NCBI GenBank assembly: GCA_965227775.1
Contig: OZ245777.1
Location: 1,920,001 to 1,984,000 of the forward strand
Source of the DNA: Phycisphaerales bacterium
GTDB lineage: Bacteria > Planctomycetota > Phycisphaerae > Phycisphaerales > UBA1924
Length of the DNA: 64,000 nt
Reading direction: 5' to 3'
The notes under the pieces were generated by a model, which was given only the letters and a program-made list of their open reading frames with translations, was not told the DNA's origin and searched no databases. How positions within the stretch are numbered: position 1 is the first letter of the stretch; the number at the start of each line of letters is the position of its first letter. Of the stretch, positions 59,710 to 64,000 are shown one piece after another. A program made the translations under genes and the position numbers.

Positions 59710-60729
59710 TTACTCGCAGCCGGCGTCGAACGCGTTCTGGAAGCAGAGGAAATCAAAGAGGGTGAGCGTCCCGTCGCCGTCGCAGTCGGCCATGAGATCG
59801 CCCGAGTCGAAGGCGTTCTGGAACGCGAGGAAGTCGAAGATGGTGAGCTGGCCGTCGCCGTCGAAGTCGGGGTAGCACGGCTCAACCTCACCGAGCAGCG
59901 TAATGAACTGGCCGCTGCCGTCGAGGACGTTAAACGTCGCACCGCTGACGGGGTCGCTGATGTTCACGCCCGCACCATTGGTCCACATGATGTTGCCGTC
60001 GCCCAACTCCCAGCCGGCGCGAGCACCCGAATCGGCGGTGCCCGCGATGACATCGAGCAGACCACCATCGACACTGATCTCCCAGATGCCCGAGGGCGAG
60101 CTGAACGCGCCGACGAGCACCGAGCCGGAGCTGGTCTCGCTCGTCTGCTGGAGGAAGTTCAGCTGACCGTCGGCGAAGAACGGGCCGACAAAGTTGCCAT
60201 CCTCGTCGTAGCGATCAAGCTGGTCGCCGATGGTAACCAGGATGTCACCGGCGTAGGGAAGGCCAAACCAGGGCGAGCCACCGAGCGGGATGTTGCCGAC
60301 GATGGCGGCCGTGTCCGGGTCGATGCGCACGATCGCGTTGCCCGGCGCGTCGTTCTGCGTGCCCGCGTTGAAGACCCACACCTCGTCACCAACGACGCTT
60401 ACGCCGCGAACGTTGTCCAACCCGCCGCCGGGGAACTGCCCGCCGATCGAATCGATGAAGTCACCATCGAGCGTGAAGCGATCGACGCGGTCGCGGATCT
60501 GATCGCTCACCCAGATCTCATCGCCCACCTGCGCGATGCCCTTGGGCGTGCCTGCGTCCAGGGGCACCAGATCGATGAACACCGGGTCGACCAGGCTGCC
60601 GTCGGAAGGATCGAAGGCCGCGATGGTGTCGTTGGAGGAGTCGGGTACCAGAATGAGCGCGTCCTGGGCGATCGCCGATGCCGCAATGCCCGAGATCGCC
60701 AGTCCAGCGCAAAGAGTCCGAATAACCAT
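59710..60729 (-). CDS. Secreted beta-propeller-like protein with GC-type dockerin
   Basis: GGAG RBS, signal peptide, EIWVSD/EVWV strands; dockerin ending AGCE. Confidence 0.87.
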   Translation of the reverse strand: MVIRTLCAGLAISGIAASAIAQDALILVPDSSNDTIAAFDPSDGSLVDPVFIDLVPLDAGTPKGIAQVGDEIWVSDQIRDRVDRFTLDGDFIDSIGGQFPGGGLDNVRGVSVVGDEVWVFNAGTQNDAPGNAIVRIDPDTAAIVGNIPLGGSPWFGLPYAGDILVTIGDQLDRYDEDGNFVGPFFADGQLNFLQQTSETSSGSVLVGAFSSPSGIWEISVDGGLLDVIAGTADSGARAGWELGDGNIMWTNGAGVNISDPVSGATFNVLDGSGQFITLLGEVEPCYPDFDGDGQLTIFDFLAFQNAFDSGDLMADCDGDGTLTLFDFLCFQNAFDAGCE

Positions 60730-60842
60730 GTCTCTTTCTCCGTGAGGGGTTCGTCCCCCGTGCGTGTGCCGAGGGTCTCTCAGCGTACCCGAAGCAAGGC
60801 CCATGCACAAGAGCAAAGCTGGCCAATTGCTGATGCCAAACG

Positions 60843-60870
60843 AAAGGGCCCGGACATCCGCCCGGGCCCT
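60843..60870 (-). terminator. Rho-independent terminator after glutamine synthetase
   Basis: AGGGCCCGG...CCGGGCCCT followed by T residues on the minus strand. Confidence 0.7.
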
Positions 60871-60899
60871 GCAGACTTGCTTGAGTTCTCGCAGCGGTC

Positions 60900-63113
60900 T
60901 TAGGCCTGAACGATCAGCAACTCGTTGTAGTCGGCAACCGGCCAGAGGTCCTGCGACACGACCTTCTCCATGGCGTCGACGTGGCCACGTACGGCTTCCA
61001 TCGCCGGAACGAGCCGCTTGTGGGTGTGGTCGGCCAGGTCGAGTGCATACTCGGGCTCTGGTCCTTCGAGCGCCGCATCGAGCACGTCAAGGTCTCTCCG
61101 CAGACCCGACACGAGGCTCGCGAGGCTCTCGAGAGCCTTGCGGTTCTCGCCCGGGTCGACGTCGGCGGCCGACAGCGCGGAGACGGCTCCCGCAAGCTCG
61201 CGAAGCTGTCGCACCGCTGCAGGCAAGACGGCGGTTCGGCTCAGGTTGCGGAGCGTGAGTGCCTCGATGCGCACTTGCGTGGCGTATTTCTCGGCGAAGA
61301 TGTTCGCACGGCTCTGGGTCTCCAGCGGGCTCAGCACGTCGAGCGTGTTAAACAGCGTGCGATTCTTGTCGCTGGTGAGCATCCGGAAGGCCTCGGCTGA
61401 TGAGGTGATGTGCGGTAGTCCACGCTTTTCAGCCTCGGCGACCCACTCCTGCGAGTAGTTGTCGCCATTGAAGATCACCTTCTTGTGCTTGGTTGAGACG
61501 CGCTGGATGATGTTGCTCAGTGACTGCTGCACATCATCGGACTTCTCCAACTCGTCGGCGAAGCTCGCAAGGCTCTCGGCCACGATGGTGTTCAGCACCG
61601 TCACCGGGAAGGCGATCGCCGCCGACGAGCCCACGGCGCGGAACTCGAACTTGTTGCCCGTGAACGCGAACGGGCTGGTACGGTTGCGGTCGCCCGCGTC
61701 GCGGATGAACTCGGGCAGCGTCGCGGCGCCTAGGTCCATCGTGTCGCCCTTGCGAGAACTGCTGGCCGTACCGCCGCTGGCGAATTGCTCGACCAGGTCG
61801 GTCAGCATGTCGCCCAGGAAGATGCTGATGATCGCCGGTGGGGCCTCGTTAGCACCCAGGCGGTGGTCGTTGCCTGCGCTCGAGATGCTCGCCCGCAGCA
61901 GGTCGGCGTGCAGGTCGACAGCGCGAATGACCGAGGCGAGGAACGCGTGGAACAACCTATTCGCGTGCGGCTCGCTCTGCGGACTCAGCAGGTTGCGACC
62001 ATCGTCGGTGGCGAGCGACCAGTTGACGTGCTTGCCGCTGCCGTTCAGCCCGGCGAAGGGCTTCTCGTGAAGCGTGCACACGAAGCCGTGGCGTGGTGCA
62101 ACGCGGCGGAGCGTCTCCATAACCAGCATCTGATGGTCGCACGCCACGTTCGCTGGCTCATAGTGCGCGGCAATCTCGAACTGCCCGGGCGCGACCTCGT
62201 TGTGCCTCGTCGCGACCGGCACGCCCTTGCGGTACAGGATCGACTCAACCTCGCTCATGAAGCTGAGCACGCGCTCAGGGATCGATCCGAAGTAGTGGTC
62301 GTCGAGCTTCTGGCCCTTGATTGGCGTGTCACCGAACACGGTCCGGCCGCAGATCTTCAGGTCGGGCCGCGTGCTGGCGGCGGCCTCATCGACCAGGAAA
62401 TACTCCTGCTCGGCGCCCACCGTCGAGAAGACGCGTGTGGTATCGCCGACCTCGCCGAGCGCCTTGAGCACTCGCATCGCATGGGTGTTGATGGCGTCCA
62501 TCGACCGCAGCAACGGCGTCTTCTTGTCGAGGGCCTCGCCCGTCCAGCTCACGAATGCCGTCGGAATGCACAGGGTTACCGTGTCGCCAAAGCGGCTCAG
62601 GAACACAGGACTCGTTGCGTCCCACGCGGTGTATCCGCGGGCCTCGAAGGTCGTCCGCAGGCCACCGCTTGGGAAGCTCGATGCATCGGGCTCGCCTTGC
62701 ACAAGGGCCTGACCCGTGAACTCGCTGATTGCGCCGCCGTCTCCGTCGGGCTTCAGGAAGGTGTCGTGCTTCTCGGCGGTCAGGCCCGTCAGCGGCTGGA
62801 ACCAGTGCGTGAAGTGCGTGGCCCCATTGGCCATCGCCCATTCCTTGATGGCGACCGCGACCGCGTCGGCAATGGTCGGGTCGAGCGACTCGCCGTGGTG
62901 GATGGTCTGCTGGAGCTTCTTATAGGCGTCCTTGGGCAGCCGACGACGCATCATCGAATCGGTGAAGACGTCTCGAGCGAAATCGTCTTCGGCGTGGTCC
63001 CAGGCTGATTCCAAAGGCTGGGAAGCCGGCTGCTTATGGTGGTGCCGGCCCTGCGCTGACGAGCGGGCCGGTGTTCCATGGACGTTCGACGCGGGATCTT
63101 GCTCCATCGTCAT
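60900..63113 (-). CDS. glnN: Glutamine synthetase type III
   Basis: [75 protein letters not shown]. Confidence 0.96.
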   Translation of the reverse strand: MTMEQDPASNVHGTPARSSAQGRHHHKQPASQPLESAWDHAEDDFARDVFTDSMMRRRLPKDAYKKLQQTIHHGESLDPTIADAVAVAIKEWAMANGATHFTHWFQPLTGLTAEKHDTFLKPDGDGGAISEFTGQALVQGEPDASSFPSGGLRTTFEARGYTAWDATSPVFLSRFGDTVTLCIPTAFVSWTGEALDKKTPLLRSMDAINTHAMRVLKALGEVGDTTRVFSTVGAEQEYFLVDEAAASTRPDLKICGRTVFGDTPIKGQKLDDHYFGSIPERVLSFMSEVESILYRKGVPVATRHNEVAPGQFEIAAHYEPANVACDHQMLVMETLRRVAPRHGFVCTLHEKPFAGLNGSGKHVNWSLATDDGRNLLSPQSEPHANRLFHAFLASVIRAVDLHADLLRASISSAGNDHRLGANEAPPAIISIFLGDMLTDLVEQFASGGTASSSRKGDTMDLGAATLPEFIRDAGDRNRTSPFAFTGNKFEFRAVGSSAAIAFPVTVLNTIVAESLASFADELEKSDDVQQSLSNIIQRVSTKHKKVIFNGDNYSQEWVAEAEKRGLPHITSSAEAFRMLTSDKNRTLFNTLDVLSPLETQSRANIFAEKYATQVRIEALTLRNLSRTAVLPAAVRQLRELAGAVSALSAADVDPGENRKALESLASLVSGLRRDLDVLDAALEGPEPEYALDLADHTHKRLVPAMEAVRGHVDAMEKVVSQDLWPVADYNELLIVQA

Positions 63114-63378
63114 TCCAGTACGCACGGGGAGTGCATCCTTCCGGTTACGAGTCGACGCGATCGACGACGCCGGCTCGGGGCGCTCGGGCCTGTCCGGCCA
63201 ACGCGCCGGACCATGTCGCCCGAGCCATATTCCAAACGTTCAACGAAGGTCTATGCCCAGGGTCGGCCCGGGCCAAGGCGGACGGTCAGAAAAACCACCG
63301 AAACACCGAACAAACGGGGCGGAATCGGGCTCTGAGCCCGAACAGGCCGTGATCGACGATTTATGCTAGCATCGCTCC

Positions 63379-64000
63379 GTGCGCGTCATCACGTGGAACG
63401 TCAACAGCATCAAGGTCAGGGCCGAGCGGCTCATGGGTGTGCTCGAACGCCATGAGCCCGACGTGATCTGCCTCCAAGAGCTCAAGATCCCCGAACTACC
63501 GGGTCCAGTGGCCGAGGACCTGGAGCGGCTGGGTTACCACGCCGTGGTCTATGGGCAGAAGACGTACAACGGCGTGGCGATCCTCAGCAAGGCCGAGCCC
63601 ACCGACGTCGTGCACGGCTTCGAGGGCGACGGCGGCCCGGAGGACGACCACGCCCGGCTCACGTCCGCGATGGTGGATGGGGTGCGCATCTACAGCGCCT
63701 ACTTCCCCAATGGCGGTGAGGTCGGCAGCGACAAGTTCGCGTACAAGCTCGCGTGGATGGAGCGCCTTCGCGCCCTGCTTGACCGACGCCACGAGAGCAC
63801 CGAGCCCATCATCGTCGCCGGTGACATGAACGTCGCGCCGTTCGACGGCGACGTTGCCAAGCTCGACAAGTGGGCCGATACGACCCACTGCGTGCCCGAG
63901 GCGCGCAAGGGCCTGAAAAACGTAGAGGGCTTCGGCCTGATCGACACGCTGCACGAGAAGCATCCCGATGGCGGCGTGTATAGCTGGTGGGACTATCGCC
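63379..64000 (+). CDS. xth: Exodeoxyribonuclease III, 3' truncated (not in the ORF track)
   Basis: Translated by hand from GTG 63379: TWNVNSI, CLQELK, YNGVAILS, YFPNG, GDMNVAP, YSWWDYR; open to the window end. Confidence 0.93.
   Translation, partial: MRVITWNVNSIKVRAERLMGVLERHEPDVICLQELKIPELPGPVAEDLERLGYHAVVYGQKTYNGVAILSKAEPTDVVHGFEGDGGPEDDHARLTSAMVDGVRIYSAYFPNGGEVGSDKFAYKLAWMERLRALLDRRHESTEPIIVAGDMNVAPFDGDVAKLDKWADTTHCVPEARKGLKNVEGFGLIDTLHEKHPDGGVYSWWDYR

Noticed and set aside
63114..63378. Glutamine riboswitch or sigma-54 promoter upstream of GS-III
   Set aside because: No glnA-motif core recognised; the GGCATAGACCTTCG candidate lacks the -12 GC

Overview
High-GC bacterial chromosomal DNA, most likely a Phycisphaerales planctomycete (inferred from eight secreted proteins with the C-terminal 'GC-type dockerin' tag, an IPAP-type PEP-CTERM protein and expanded membrane/Zn-ribbon proteins). 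The window opens with the end of an exopolysaccharide locus (GT4 x2, GT2, formyltransferase, deacetylase, WcaF acetyltransferase, sulfotransferase, Wzy/ligase) followed by a Tat-signal GH56 hyaluronidase-like hydrolase. Next come a candidate small RNA and a tandem of five GC-dockerin genes. A ~10 kb co-oriented accessory block lies between cystathionine gamma-lyase and cystathionine beta-synthase (FN3-like protein, HEPN-motif protein, 9 x 21-bp repeat array, CARDB metallopeptidase, PEP-CTERM, Zn-ribbon membrane proteins, protease). The rest is a peptidase cluster (M32, M3, two NfeD/ClpP-like paralogs) and housekeeping genes (cca, sigma-70, mazG, rpsL-rpsG without fusA, trpF, gltA, fahA, ClC, GS-III, xth). 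I saw no tRNA, rRNA, CRISPR array, integrase or transposase. All calls come from reading motifs by eye; no searches were run.
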